From NCBI GenBank assembly GCA_946413585.1, contig CAMKLG010000008.1, positions 7,026 to 71,025 of the forward strand: DNA of 64,000 nucleotides. Direction: 5' to 3'. Positions 7,063 to 16,813 of the stretch are shown here, one piece after another (the stretch's first letter is position 1; each line of letters begins with the position of its first letter). The notes under the pieces were generated by a model. The model saw only the letters and a list, made by a program, of their open reading frames with translations. It did no database searches and was not told where the DNA came from. The position numbers and the translations under genes were made by a program. Origin of the DNA: an uncultured Bacteroidales bacterium (GTDB lineage Bacteria; Bacteroidota; Bacteroidia; Bacteroidales; WCHB1-69).

Positions 7063-7089
7063 GGTTTCAAGTACTTGAATCTTGAAACC
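7063..7089 (-). terminator. Hairpin downstream of the histidinol-phosphatase gene
   Basis: ggtttcaag (7063-7071) / cttgaaacc (7081-7089), a 9-bp stem. It encloses the palindrome ttcaagtacttgaa. Short-word repeats flank it. Confidence 0.45.
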
Positions 7090-7103
7090 TGAAACCAAAA
7101 TTG

Positions 7104-7943
7104 CTAATACACAAACCTACCCTTTTCGACATCGAATCTTGCTGTGTGATCGAAACCACAGCGTTGTAATTCGGCAAGAGCTTCGGGCACGAAAAGCGTC
7201 AACTCCTCAGCTTTGTGCGCATCACTACTCACTACCACGGGAATGTCAGCTTTACGAGCCTTCATCAACAATTCAGTAGAAGGATAAAAGTGATCGCAGC
7301 GCTTTTTGTACAAACCTCGGGTATTCACCTCAATGATGACATCGTGGCGTTTTATAAGCTGTATCGCTTTGTCGGCCAAAATTTTATACCATGTTTCGTC
7401 TTCCGTGAAAAAACGGTCACGGTTATGCATCTTGATTTTGTCGAAGTGCGCGATGATGTCCATCTGTTGTGTTTCCAACATCTCGAAAGTCTGCTCCCAA
7501 AAGGTGGTGACTGCCGCTTTGATGTTATTGTCGAAAAGATTACGCAAACCGTCATCGTATGTCTCCTGCTTGGAGCCGTCAATAAACCAAAGACCATCGC
7601 CCTGCGGTGGACGCACCAGATGGACCCCTCCGATAACATAGTCGAGGCCGCACACTTTCTTCCGCTCCGCAAAATCTACGGTCATGCTTGGGATAAAGTC
7701 GCACTCCAGCGATTTCAGCAGTTTTACATCTGTCTTTTGCTGTAATAGATCAATTTCTTGTATATATTCTGGTAGTTTTTCCTCTGAAATCGCAAAGGAG
7801 TTCTCAAAGGGTACCGGCGAATGCGAGGAAAAACCAAGCTGCAAAAGTCCTTGCTTTTCAGCTTCGCGCACGTGCTCTTCCAACGTGCTTTTGCCATCAC
7901 AATAAAAACTGTGTGTGTGGTAATTTGCGGGATAATGTGTCAT
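7104..7943 (-). CDS. Histidinol-phosphatase, PHP/HisJ family
   Basis: NYHTHSFYCDGKSTLEEHVREAEKQGLLQLGFSSHSP...VSSDAH are PHP-domain metal-binding motifs. Confidence 0.8.
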   Translation of the reverse strand: MTHYPANYHTHSFYCDGKSTLEEHVREAEKQGLLQLGFSSHSPVPFENSFAISEEKLPEYIQEIDLLQQKTDVKLLKSLECDFIPSMTVDFAERKKVCGLDYVIGGVHLVRPPQGDGLWFIDGSKQETYDDGLRNLFDNNIKAAVTTFWEQTFEMLETQQMDIIAHFDKIKMHNRDRFFTEDETWYKILADKAIQLIKRHDVIIEVNTRGLYKKRCDHFYPSTELLMKARKADIPVVVSSDAHKAEELTLFVPEALAELQRCGFDHTARFDVEKGRFVY

Positions 7944-7999
7944 AGTGGTTGTGGGTTTAAGATTTAAAGTTTAGGGTCGAGGGCCTAAGTCGCTAAAAG

Positions 8000-9280
8000 C
8001 TAAAATTCCAGTTCATCATCCGCAGGTTCGTTCTCGTTAATACCATCGAAAATGTTCAGCATTTCGTTGCTGCGGCCGATGTGGGCACCGTTGTAGAAGT
8101 TGCTGAGAAAGATAATGATGACGTTGTCGGATGGACGGTAAAGGAAAAGGTTCTGGAAGCCGTTCCATAGACCGCCGTGATAGACGAGCTTTCCGTGTTC
8201 CGGACTCTCTTCAATACGCAATCCATAGCCGTAAATCTTTTTCGGCATATCACCATTGATGAGCTGATTTTCTCGTTGTGACGCAAGATCCACCCATTTT
8301 TTCGGAAGAATCTTGTAATCAATAAAATAAGCATTGGCCCAGCGCAACATATCCTCTACATTGGAGTAAACTCCCTTATCTCCAAGAATGCCGTCCAACC
8401 GGTCGTATTGCGCAACTTTAGCATCTCCTCTATGACCTCGCGCAATGGTCACATCCACCACTTCTCCCATAGGCAACGGCAATACTGGAACATATCCCGA
8501 CTTCGGATCAACATTAGGGTAAGTTTTGCCATGTTTCGCATCAATACCCACTATCTCGGTGAAAAAGAAGGTATTCTCCATGCCTGCAGGCTTGAAAATA
8601 TACTCATGCACATACTCCTCGAACTCCATTCCAGACACTTGCTCTACCAATAACGCCAAAATGGCATAATTGGTGTTCACATAATCGAACTTCGTGCCAG
8701 TTGGGAAAGTTTTTGCATACTTCTGTTTCTCCAAAACTCTGATTAGAAGTTGATTATCAACAAATGCAGCAGAATCATATACCGTGTATTTGAAATCAAA
8801 ATACTCTGGAATACCTGAAGTATGTGTTAGCAAATGCTTGATAGTCACACCACTATAAGGTAAATTAGGAAAATAATTCGTGATGGGGTCACTTAACTGG
8901 ATTTTGCCTTGCTCACACAACTGCAAAACGGCCACGGCAGTAAACTGTTTGGAGACAGATGCCAAATCAAAAAGAGTGGTTTTTGTGATACGGTTGTTGT
9001 CGCGCATAACCCTCCGTGGCGGTTTGCCCGTCAGGCATAACTCTCCGCATGCGCGCTCTACCAAGACCGTGTCACGCACAGCAACCAACATTACTCCGTT
9101 AAGAGCCTGCGACATTTCATGAGCCACAAACTCCAAAGCCTCAATGTCATAGCGATCCTCAAGAGTGTCTAATGATGTTTTATTGAGGCTATCTTGAATG
9201 CAAAAAGCCGTGCCTGTGTCCGCCTTAAGAAACAAAGTCAGACATAGAAACACGGCTGATATAATAACTGTCCGAATCAT
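8000..9280 (-). CDS. Serine hydrolase, beta-lactamase/PBP4-like family (class C fold), exported
   Basis: Signal peptide present. ASVSKQFTAVAVLQL is an SxxK motif. The ATG overlaps the rho stop (TAATG). Confidence 0.8.
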   Translation of the reverse strand: MIRTVIISAVFLCLTLFLKADTGTAFCIQDSLNKTSLDTLEDRYDIEALEFVAHEMSQALNGVMLVAVRDTVLVERACGELCLTGKPPRRVMRDNNRITKTTLFDLASVSKQFTAVAVLQLCEQGKIQLSDPITNYFPNLPYSGVTIKHLLTHTSGIPEYFDFKYTVYDSAAFVDNQLLIRVLEKQKYAKTFPTGTKFDYVNTNYAILALLVEQVSGMEFEEYVHEYIFKPAGMENTFFFTEIVGIDAKHGKTYPNVDPKSGYVPVLPLPMGEVVDVTIARGHRGDAKVAQYDRLDGILGDKGVYSNVEDMLRWANAYFIDYKILPKKWVDLASQRENQLINGDMPKKIYGYGLRIEESPEHGKLVYHGGLWNGFQNLFLYRPSDNVIIIFLSNFYNGAHIGRSNEMLNIFDGINENEPADDELEF

Positions 9281-11217
9281 TATCCATTCATGGAATTAAG
9301 AAATTCTTCATTATTCTTAGTGTCCTGCATATTGTTGAGGACCAAATTCATAGCTTCGATGGTGGTCATGTCGGCGATATGGTTGCGCAGGATCCACACT
9401 TTCTGTAACGTAGCGGCATCTTGTAGCAAATCGTCGCGGCGTGTACTGGAAGCCACAATATCGACAGCGGGATAGATGCGCTTGTTGGAGAGTTTGCGGT
9501 CGAGTTGCAATTCCATATTACCCGTACCCTTGAACTCCTCGAAGATCACTTCATCCATACGAGAGCCTGTGTCAATGAGAGCAGTGGAGATAATGGTCAG
9601 AGAGCCACCATTTTCCACATTACGTGCGGCACCGAAGAAGCGTTTTGGTTTCTGCAAAGCGTTGGCTTCCACACCGCCAGAGAGCACCTTGCCGGATGCT
9701 GGAGCCATCGTATTGAAGGCGCGAGCCAAACGGGTGATGGAGTCGAGCAGAATGCAGACATCATGACCGCATTCCACCATCCGTTTCGCTTTGTCTAACA
9801 CCATGTTAGCAATCTTCACATGGCGTTCAGCAGGTTCATCGAACGTGGAGGAAATCACTTCCGCATTAACGCTGCGCTGCATGTCAGTCACCTCCTCGGG
9901 ACGCTCATCAATAAGCAGGATGATAAGGTATATTTCAGGGTGGTTATACGCGATAGCATTAGCTATATCTTTGAGTAATACCGTTTTACCTGTTTTCGGC
10001 TGAGCCACAATCAAACCGCGCTGACCCTTTCCGATAGGAGCAAACAGGTCAATGATACGGGTAGAAAGTTTACAACCAGGATGACCAGTGATGTTGATTT
10101 TTTCATCCGGGAACATCGGGGTAAGGTAATCGAACGGGATACGGTCACGGATGTCTTCGGGCAGACAGCCGTTGATTTTTTCGATTTTGGTAAGTGGGAA
10201 GTACTTTTCGCCCGGTTTCGGCGGACGGATCGCACCATAGACCGTGTCACCATTTTTCAAACCAAACAGTTTAATTTGGGACATGGAAACATAAATATCA
10301 TCCGGTGAGGAGAGGTAGTTGTAATCAGACGAGCGCAGGAAACCGCAATTTTCGCTGGTAATTTCGAGTACGCCTTCTGCCATAACCATTCCATCATACT
10401 GAGCGTCAGCCATATAAGGAACTGGACCCTCTTCTACCTTCTGAATCTCAGTTTCGGGTTCTTTATATTCCGCTGGTTTTTTCTGATCGTGTTCAGGAGA
10501 TTTCTCTTTTTTGTAATGAGATTTTACCTGTTTTTCTTCTGTTGGTTTATCCGTATCTTTTTCTTCCGTTGGTTTATCCGTATCCACTTTCTTTTTGGGG
10601 CGGCCGCGACGTTTTGCCGACTTCTCTTCCGCCTTAACCTCTTGCTCTTCTGATACCTTTTCCTCTGATTGATGCTTTGCCACTAAATCCGCATCAATGA
10701 TATATTGTGTAGCGTCATTTTCAGACACAACCTCCGGATGCATTTCTTCTTCAGTAAACAACTGATAGTCAACCATTTGTTTTTCCTCATGTTTAGGCAT
10801 CAGTTCTTCCACCATCGTTTCCACAGGAGCTTCTTCCACCACTTGTTTTTTCGGGCGGCCCCTGCGTCTTTTTTCAGGAGACGGGGCAGGTGCCGTAGCA
10901 GGCGTTTCAGAAATCACAGGCTCCTTATTCTCAGTCTCTTTGGATTTTTTCGACTGCCGCGTGCGGGTCTGTTTAGGCTTTTCCGCTACAGGCAACGGAT
11001 TAGCAAATTGCACATAATCTTCGGAAACCGACTTGTTTTCTGGAATTACCTCGTTGGTCGCAGGTTTTTCAATGGCTGGGGTGTTGAACAGCGGGGTGCT
11101 GACGACTTCCGCCACGCGGGCTTTCCCCTTCATTTTAGTTTGGTTGGATGTGGCTAATAGGCCTTCGCCTCCTCTCACAACTCTTCTTCTTTTAGGTTTG
11201 TTCTCAATCTCTGACAT
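9280..11217 (-). CDS. rho: Transcription termination factor Rho with a long low-complexity N-terminal extension
   Basis: OB/CSD region [52 protein letters not shown]. Walker [16 protein letters not shown], then ...LIDERPEEV.... About 270 aa of K/E/P-rich sequence precede these. Confidence 0.95.
   Translation of the reverse strand: MSEIENKPKRRRVVRGGEGLLATSNQTKMKGKARVAEVVSTPLFNTPAIEKPATNEVIPENKSVSEDYVQFANPLPVAEKPKQTRTRQSKKSKETENKEPVISETPATAPAPSPEKRRRGRPKKQVVEEAPVETMVEELMPKHEEKQMVDYQLFTEEEMHPEVVSENDATQYIIDADLVAKHQSEEKVSEEQEVKAEEKSAKRRGRPKKKVDTDKPTEEKDTDKPTEEKQVKSHYKKEKSPEHDQKKPAEYKEPETEIQKVEEGPVPYMADAQYDGMVMAEGVLEITSENCGFLRSSDYNYLSSPDDIYVSMSQIKLFGLKNGDTVYGAIRPPKPGEKYFPLTKIEKINGCLPEDIRDRIPFDYLTPMFPDEKINITGHPGCKLSTRIIDLFAPIGKGQRGLIVAQPKTGKTVLLKDIANAIAYNHPEIYLIILLIDERPEEVTDMQRSVNAEVISSTFDEPAERHVKIANMVLDKAKRMVECGHDVCILLDSITRLARAFNTMAPASGKVLSGGVEANALQKPKRFFGAARNVENGGSLTIISTALIDTGSRMDEVIFEEFKGTGNMELQLDRKLSNKRIYPAVDIVASSTRRDDLLQDAATLQKVWILRNHIADMTTIEAMNLVLNNMQDTKNNEEFLNSMNG
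10534..10587. repeat. Tandem 27-bp duplication inside rho (encodes DTDKPTEEK twice)
   Basis: Unit 1 ttcttctgttggtttatccgtatcttt versus unit 2 ttcttccgttggtttatccgtatccac, 23/27 identical. Confidence 0.9.
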
Positions 11218-11344
11218 GTTAATTGATTGTCTCTTAGTCTTTTAACTTGTAAAACTTTCTTAGGGATTTTACGCAACTGCCATGGAGGCATTGGGATAGA
11301 ACGCTTGAAACTCCCATCGCGCAATAGCTTATTGAAAAGCGGCG

Positions 11345-11352
11345 CAAAAATA
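11345..11352 (-). promoter_or_regulatory. -7 box (TAnnTTTG) for rho; implies a ~120-nt leader
   Basis: Plus strand caaaaata = TATTTTTG on the minus strand. Confidence 0.4.
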
Positions 11353-11492
11353 CAATATTTCTTGAAACAACCAAATGTTTTTTTTAAGTTAACTCAGACC
11401 CTTTCACACACTTCATATCCTCTGAAAATATCAACAATATCATGTTAAGATTTTTTAAGAAAAAAAAGTGACCGAAGCAACGATAAAAACAT

Positions 11493-11500
11493 TATTTTTG
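11493..11500 (+). promoter_or_regulatory. -7 box (TAnnTTTG)
   Basis: tatttttg lies about 60 nt upstream of the ATG at 11560. Confidence 0.45.
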
Positions 11501-11559
11501 CAGCCTCGAATAGTAAGAATGTTTTTTACCAAAATTATTAATAATCAAATTTATTAAAA

Positions 11560-12882
11560 ATGAAAAAAGTTTACACTTTAATCGCTGCTATGCTGATTGC
11601 TTCTGTCAGCTTCGCACAAATTGCTACAACCCCTCAACAAAAGGTTGTGAAAACTGATGGCGTTATGTACCCTTTGAAAGGTAAACCCGCTGTTCAACAA
11701 CAGAGAGCTTCCAACGCTTTCTGGTTCAATCTGATTGAAGATGCTATCGCTTATTATGGTATTGATGGCGATGACTATTCTCTTCCTATCATTCAATGTG
11801 ACACCAACAACTTGGTTCACTACCAATCTGGTGATGCTCACAACCAATTCTGCTCTCTGGGTCAGGTTTATGACTTTGAACATCATTCATGGGAAGACAT
11901 GTACAACTACACCGGTGCTCCCCAAAATGTTCCTTACATGCCCGATGCAACTTCTTACAGCATTGACTCCATTCAAATTGCATGGTACTACGGCCGCGGT
12001 ACTAATGTTCCTGCTAGCGTAGTTGATACCATTGCTATTTCTTATGTTATTGGCATGCAACTTACAGGTGACAATCGTGACGTTTACGTGTTAGGTCATT
12101 ATGAAGACACTAACTTCGTTGGTGCTTTCGCTGCTCCGTTGATTCCTTTCAACCACACCACTTTCCTTGCTAGCACCACGAGCGATCCTTCACAATCAGG
12201 CCTTGCCAATGATCTTGAAGCTTCCACCATTGTTTACGACAAGATTCCGTTGACCATTGATGACACCACTGGTTCATACGTTCCTTATTTCAGAATTCCT
12301 GCTCCTGCTGAACTCTCTAATCTGGACGATACCAAGAAACAACTTGCCATCATCGTCACCTTCATCCCTGGTATGGAGAGAACTCCCGCTTCTGTCATTG
12401 GTGAAGATCTTAACAGATTCTCCATGTTGATGTACGACGATCCTCGTGATGGTTATAACACTTCTGGTTCTGACGAACTCTTGCACGACTTCCAAGCTGG
12501 TCTTTTCCACGATGCAGACAACTTCCAACCCAGCCAAGCTTGGTATCCTATCTATCAACCGAACAACTTCTGGCTAGGCAACCCGAAACCTTCTATTGGT
12601 GTTCACGTGATTTGCAACGATTGCGGCGTTGTTAACGTTCCTGAAATCGAGAAAAACAATATCACTGTTTATCCTAACCCTGCTACCAACAACTTCACTG
12701 TGAACTTGGGTAACGATGAGAAGGCTAACATCCAACTCTTCAACATCGTTGGTCAATTAGTTTACAATGAGAACATCGTTGGCACCGCTCAAGTGAATGT
12801 TGCTAACCTTCACACTGGTGTTTACATGCTCAAAGTGAACCAAAACGGTAAAGTTTACACCACCAAAGTTGTCGTAAGATAA
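11560..12882 (+). CDS. Secreted protein of unknown function with a T9SS C-terminal sorting domain
   Basis: Signal peptide MKKVYTLIAAMLIASVSFAQ. The C-terminus ITVYPNPATNNFTVNL...GVYMLKVNQNGKVYTTKVVVR is a T9SS CTD. Confidence 0.8.
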   Translation: MKKVYTLIAAMLIASVSFAQIATTPQQKVVKTDGVMYPLKGKPAVQQQRASNAFWFNLIEDAIAYYGIDGDDYSLPIIQCDTNNLVHYQSGDAHNQFCSLGQVYDFEHHSWEDMYNYTGAPQNVPYMPDATSYSIDSIQIAWYYGRGTNVPASVVDTIAISYVIGMQLTGDNRDVYVLGHYEDTNFVGAFAAPLIPFNHTTFLASTTSDPSQSGLANDLEASTIVYDKIPLTIDDTTGSYVPYFRIPAPAELSNLDDTKKQLAIIVTFIPGMERTPASVIGEDLNRFSMLMYDDPRDGYNTSGSDELLHDFQAGLFHDADNFQPSQAWYPIYQPNNFWLGNPKPSIGVHVICNDCGVVNVPEIEKNNITVYPNPATNNFTVNLGNDEKANIQLFNIVGQLVYNENIVGTAQVNVANLHTGVYMLKVNQNGKVYTTKVVVR

Positions 12883-12908
12883 TTTTGTTTGGATTCATTA
12901 TTATAATA

Positions 12909-12945
12909 AAAGCGGGCGAATCTTCTGGGTTCGCCCGCTTTTGGC
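12909..12945 (+). terminator. Rho-independent terminator
   Basis: agcgggcgaa (12911-12920) / ttcgcccgct (12930-12939), a 10-bp stem, followed by tttt. Confidence 0.8.
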
Positions 12946-13041
12946 TTTTAGCAATTGGCCATTGGCAATTAGTAATTAGCAGTTAGTAGTTAATGGCCAA
13001 CAGCAAACAGCTAACAGCCAACAGCAAAACAAACATCAAAC
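12943..13041. repeat. Short-word repeat spacer (G/T-rich words, then C/A-rich words)
   Basis: ggcttttagcaattggccattggcaattagtaattagcagttagtagttaatgg, then ccaacagcaaacagctaacagccaacagcaaaacaaac. Confidence 0.75.
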
Positions 13042-13869
13042 ATGTATAACTTCAACGGAAAACTCAATCCCAGCACGCCCCTCATCATGGGCATCCTTAA
13101 CGTCACGGAAGATTCGTTCTATGACGGAGGGAAATATACGACAGAGGCAGCTGTTTTGGAACGTGCCTCGCAGATCCTTGCGGAGGGCGGCGATATCATT
13201 GACATCGGGGCCATGTCCACACGCCCGAACGCCATTGAAATCCCTGAAAACGAAGAGGTTGACAGGATTGTCAAAGCCACAGAACTCGTCCGAAAACATT
13301 TTCCTGAAACAGTAATCTCAATTGACACGTATCGGGCATCCGTTGCCGACGCCGCTTTACAAGCGGGTGCCGACATGATCAACGACATCTCCGGCGGTAC
13401 ATTTGACCCTGAAATGATCCCCACCGTCGGAAAATGGCAAGTCCCTTACTGCTTGATGCATACGACCACAAAGCCAGACACCATGCAGCAAAACACCCAT
13501 TATGAAGACATACTCGCCGACATGTTGAAATTCTTCGGCTCACAACTCGAAAAGCTACATGAACACTTTGTCCACGATATCATCATCGACCCTGGCTTCG
13601 GATTCGGCAAAACGTTGGAACAGAACTATTTCCTGATGAATAACTTAGAAGTTTTTCATCAATTGGGTTATCCTTTATTAGTTGGTATTTCTCGCAAATC
13701 AATGATATACAAGCTTTTGGGTACCATCGCCGATAATGCCCTCAACGGCACCACCGCCCTAAACACTATCGCCCTCATGAAAGGCGCATCCATTCTCCGC
13801 GTACACGACGTAAAAGAAGCGGTAGAAACAAAACGGATTTGGAGCGGATTAAGGTCAACAACTAACTAA
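13042..13869 (+). CDS. folP: Dihydropteroate synthase
   Basis: PLIMGILNVTEDSFYDGGKY...GGDIIDIGAMSTRP...INDISGG...DPGFGFGKT are canonical FolP motifs. Confidence 0.95.
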   Translation: MYNFNGKLNPSTPLIMGILNVTEDSFYDGGKYTTEAAVLERASQILAEGGDIIDIGAMSTRPNAIEIPENEEVDRIVKATELVRKHFPETVISIDTYRASVADAALQAGADMINDISGGTFDPEMIPTVGKWQVPYCLMHTTTKPDTMQQNTHYEDILADMLKFFGSQLEKLHEHFVHDIIIDPGFGFGKTLEQNYFLMNNLEVFHQLGYPLLVGISRKSMIYKLLGTIADNALNGTTALNTIALMKGASILRVHDVKEAVETKRIWSGLRSTTN

Positions 13870-13933
13870 TTCCCCATTTCCTATTGCCTTTTTCATTTGA
13901 CCACTAACCGGCGACCCTATTTCCAAAAAATAC

Positions 13934-13941
13934 TATCTTTG
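13934..13941 (+). promoter_or_regulatory. -7 box (TAnnTTTG)
   Basis: tatctttg lies 15 nt upstream of the ATG at 13956. Confidence 0.45.
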
Positions 13942-13955
13942 CGAAAAATTTCAAG

Positions 13956-14927
13956 ATGAAGCAAAACCATATAACCATTATCGTTTCCATCAGCTTAATT
14001 TTCCTATTAACTTGCTGTTTATCAAGGAAAAACAACGAAGAAAGTACTACCGAGGAGAATGTGAATTACCCTATGGATATCATTCGGGACACGTTATTTG
14101 CGAATGTTCACAGCGAAACGACTCTATATCCATTGCAGGAAGAAGTACTCGAAAATTTCTTGGAGAAAGCTCAGGATTTTCAAGGCGAAAAATGGACAGC
14201 AAAAGTGGGCTTTCCTGACCAATGGGGAGTGGAGTGCACTGAAAGATTACCTGATGGCCGTGAAATCTGGCTACTGCAATCTGAAAATCACGAATGGTTG
14301 TATTTGGTCACCACCTCGGGTTATGGCACGCAACGCATTCTGGATGTGCTACCCGTCGCCATCAATGTTGCAAACCAAAGCAACGAGAACCTGGAAACCG
14401 AAAAATGGCAGACGGTACGCCTTCCCGACGGGCAATTCCGTACTACTAAAGAATACGAATGGATTCATTCCATCTCGAAAGCCACAAAACAAGATTTCAT
14501 CAAAGATCCTGAAAAATATCATCGTAAAAAACACGTCGTGGAACAGTTTCTCATCAATGACCAAGGTCGCTTCGAAAAAACGGAGGTCGATACACTACCC
14601 GACTACAACGCGGTGGTTTTCTTCTTCAACCCAGCCGAAAAACCTGATATGTGGGATGAAACAGTTCCGAGATTACAAGCCTACTGCGAAGAAAACGGCA
14701 TAATATTTGAGGAAGTGAGCGGTAACTATGACCGCGTGACTGTGCGCGATTATGAACTCACTTTCGCCAAGGAAATAGACATCATGCCCTACATCGGCGG
14801 TACCGAATGCGGCATGGTGATGATGTGTAAGGAAGAGACTCCTAAAACCGTCAATTTCGGATCTTTTGAATATATGCAGATGGAACTGCGTCGATTTTTC
14901 AAAATCCGTTCCGATATTGATTCATAA
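13956..14927 (+). CDS. Hypothetical lipoprotein (323 aa)
   Basis: The signal peptide ends in LLTC/C (lipobox-like). I recognise no other motif. Confidence 0.6.
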   Translation: MKQNHITIIVSISLIFLLTCCLSRKNNEESTTEENVNYPMDIIRDTLFANVHSETTLYPLQEEVLENFLEKAQDFQGEKWTAKVGFPDQWGVECTERLPDGREIWLLQSENHEWLYLVTTSGYGTQRILDVLPVAINVANQSNENLETEKWQTVRLPDGQFRTTKEYEWIHSISKATKQDFIKDPEKYHRKKHVVEQFLINDQGRFEKTEVDTLPDYNAVVFFFNPAEKPDMWDETVPRLQAYCEENGIIFEEVSGNYDRVTVRDYELTFAKEIDIMPYIGGTECGMVMMCKEETPKTVNFGSFEYMQMELRRFFKIRSDIDS

Positions 14928-14950
14928 TCTTTTGTTAATCTGAACATTAA

Positions 14951-16294
14951 ATGTTTCGTATGTTGAATCGGTTTTTGCAGGAGTTACATCGTCTCGCGGG
15001 CAAAAAGGCCAGTCAAAAGCACTATTTGGTGGCAGTTAGCGGCGGCGCGGATTCGATGGTTGCCGCAACCCTGTTTCACAAAGCAGGACTGCGTTTCTCC
15101 GTGGCACACTGTAATTTCCATCTTCGAGGCACCGATTCCGATCGTGATATGCATTTTGTGCAAAAAATGGCCGCTGTTTGGAAAGTTCCTTTCTTTCTTC
15201 GGGAATTCGATACACTTTCTGAACAGAAAAATTCCGGGAAGTCGGTAGAAATGGTTGCGCGGGAATTGCGATACCGCTGGTTCAACGAACTGTTACCAGA
15301 TTTTGACTACCTCGTAACGGCACACCAAAGCAACGATGCCGCTGAAACCATGTTGCTTAACCTCACTCGCGGCTCTGGACTGAGAGGTTTGTGCGGTATT
15401 CCACCTATCAACGAAAAAATCATCCGCCCGATGTTGATTTTCACTGCACAAGAAATCCGCCAATATGCCGAAAACCAACAAGTTGAATATGTCGAAGATT
15501 ACACTAACCAAGATGAAGAAATTGTTCGTAACCGGATACGTCACTCCGTAGTTCCTCAACTGGAAAGTATCAACCCGCAGTTTTTGACAACCAACGCGCA
15601 TACCCGACTCGTTCTGCAACGACAATATGCTTATTACCAGAAACATATAGAGGCTGACAAAGAGAACCTCTTATCTGTAAAAGAGGGCCAATATCAGATT
15701 CAACGGAGCCAACTTGAACATTTTGCTAACATGGAACTTATTCTGTATGAGATACTTAACGAATTTGGCTTTTCATCAGATGTAAGTGAAAAATTGGCCG
15801 AAAGTTCAAACTTGCAATCTGGCAAACAATTTTTCTCTGATGATTATATTTTACTGATTGACAGAGAGTTTATTATCATTAAACCGAAAGATAGATCAGA
15901 AAACAACACCATCAATATTGACTCTTTAGAAACTTTAAGGCATTATTTCTATATTGAAGAGTTTGAATATCAAAAAGATATGGTATTCGACAAAAATCCT
16001 GATATCCTATATATACCAAAAGATAAGCTGACATTTCCGTTACAGATACGGCCTTGGCAACACGGCGACATCTTTTATCCGCTTGGCGCGAAAGGCAAGC
16101 AGAAACTCAGCGACTTCTTTACTGACCACAAAATCGACCGCTTTACGAAAGAAAACATTCGTCTATTATGCACAGGAGGTGACATTCTTTGGATAATAGG
16201 ATGGCGATCCGATGAACGGTATAAAATATTGAAAAACAAGACAATATGTTACAAAATTTATAAAAAGAACGATTCGAAACCCTATAATATGTAA
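14951..16294 (+). CDS. tilS: tRNA(Ile)-lysidine synthase
   Basis: YLVAVSGGADSMV is a PP-loop, and the rest shows the TilS architecture. Confidence 0.9.
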   Translation: MFRMLNRFLQELHRLAGKKASQKHYLVAVSGGADSMVAATLFHKAGLRFSVAHCNFHLRGTDSDRDMHFVQKMAAVWKVPFFLREFDTLSEQKNSGKSVEMVARELRYRWFNELLPDFDYLVTAHQSNDAAETMLLNLTRGSGLRGLCGIPPINEKIIRPMLIFTAQEIRQYAENQQVEYVEDYTNQDEEIVRNRIRHSVVPQLESINPQFLTTNAHTRLVLQRQYAYYQKHIEADKENLLSVKEGQYQIQRSQLEHFANMELILYEILNEFGFSSDVSEKLAESSNLQSGKQFFSDDYILLIDREFIIIKPKDRSENNTINIDSLETLRHYFYIEEFEYQKDMVFDKNPDILYIPKDKLTFPLQIRPWQHGDIFYPLGAKGKQKLSDFFTDHKIDRFTKENIRLLCTGGDILWIIGWRSDERYKILKNKTICYKIYKKNDSKPYNM

Positions 16295-16297
16295 ACA

Positions 16298-16813
16298 ATG
16301 GAAAAGAAACCGCAAAGAACACCCATTTTATGGATTTTAGGCATCTTCACTATGATTGGCGCCATGTTTTCTGCCATCACCTATCTTTGTTGGGCGATTG
16401 CTCCTGATTCTATGCTACAATCCATGGGAATCATCAGGGAAATGAAGATGTTTTCTTCAGAGCAAGTAGATCAAATCCTTTCATTATACACCTCTATTTC
16501 CAATTGGCAATATCTATTGCTTACCATCGTGGAAGTGATGTTGTTCACGGGCGCCTTTCTGATGCTTGTCAAGTTGAACAAAGTTGGGTTTCATGTTTAC
16601 ACGATAGGCAAAATCGTCGAATTTTGTGTTCTCAACTTCATCATTGGCGGAATGGCGGCCATGAATGTGAACGGCATCATCTCATCCGTACTATGGGTGC
16701 TGATGTATGCTACCCAGTTACGGTTTATGAATCCCACAGATAATCAAGAAGATAATACGAATATACAGCAAATAAATCAAGAAGATAACGATAATTCACA
16801 GTCTCATGAATAG
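16298..16813 (+). CDS. Hypothetical membrane protein (4 TM) with an N/Q/D/E-rich tail
   Basis: Hydrophobic segments are present. It is tightly packed between tilS and sufS and overlaps the sufS start by 8 nt. Confidence 0.6.
   Translation: MEKKPQRTPILWILGIFTMIGAMFSAITYLCWAIAPDSMLQSMGIIREMKMFSSEQVDQILSLYTSISNWQYLLLTIVEVMLFTGAFLMLVKLNKVGFHVYTIGKIVEFCVLNFIIGGMAAMNVNGIISSVLWVLMYATQLRFMNPTDNQEDNTNIQQINQEDNDNSQSHE

Noticed and set aside
9278-9282. TAATG overlap of the rho stop with the serine-hydrolase start (also trkA/trkH at 24876-24880)
   Set aside because: The overlap is real, but it is ordinary translational coupling or compact operon organisation. It is mentioned only in the feature evidence.
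5700-13041. Riboswitches (preQ1, THF) ahead of queD, folP or folE
   Set aside because: queD overlaps the preceding gene. The folP upstream spacer is word-repeat sequence. folE has a 10-nt spacer. There is no room and no recognisable conserved core.
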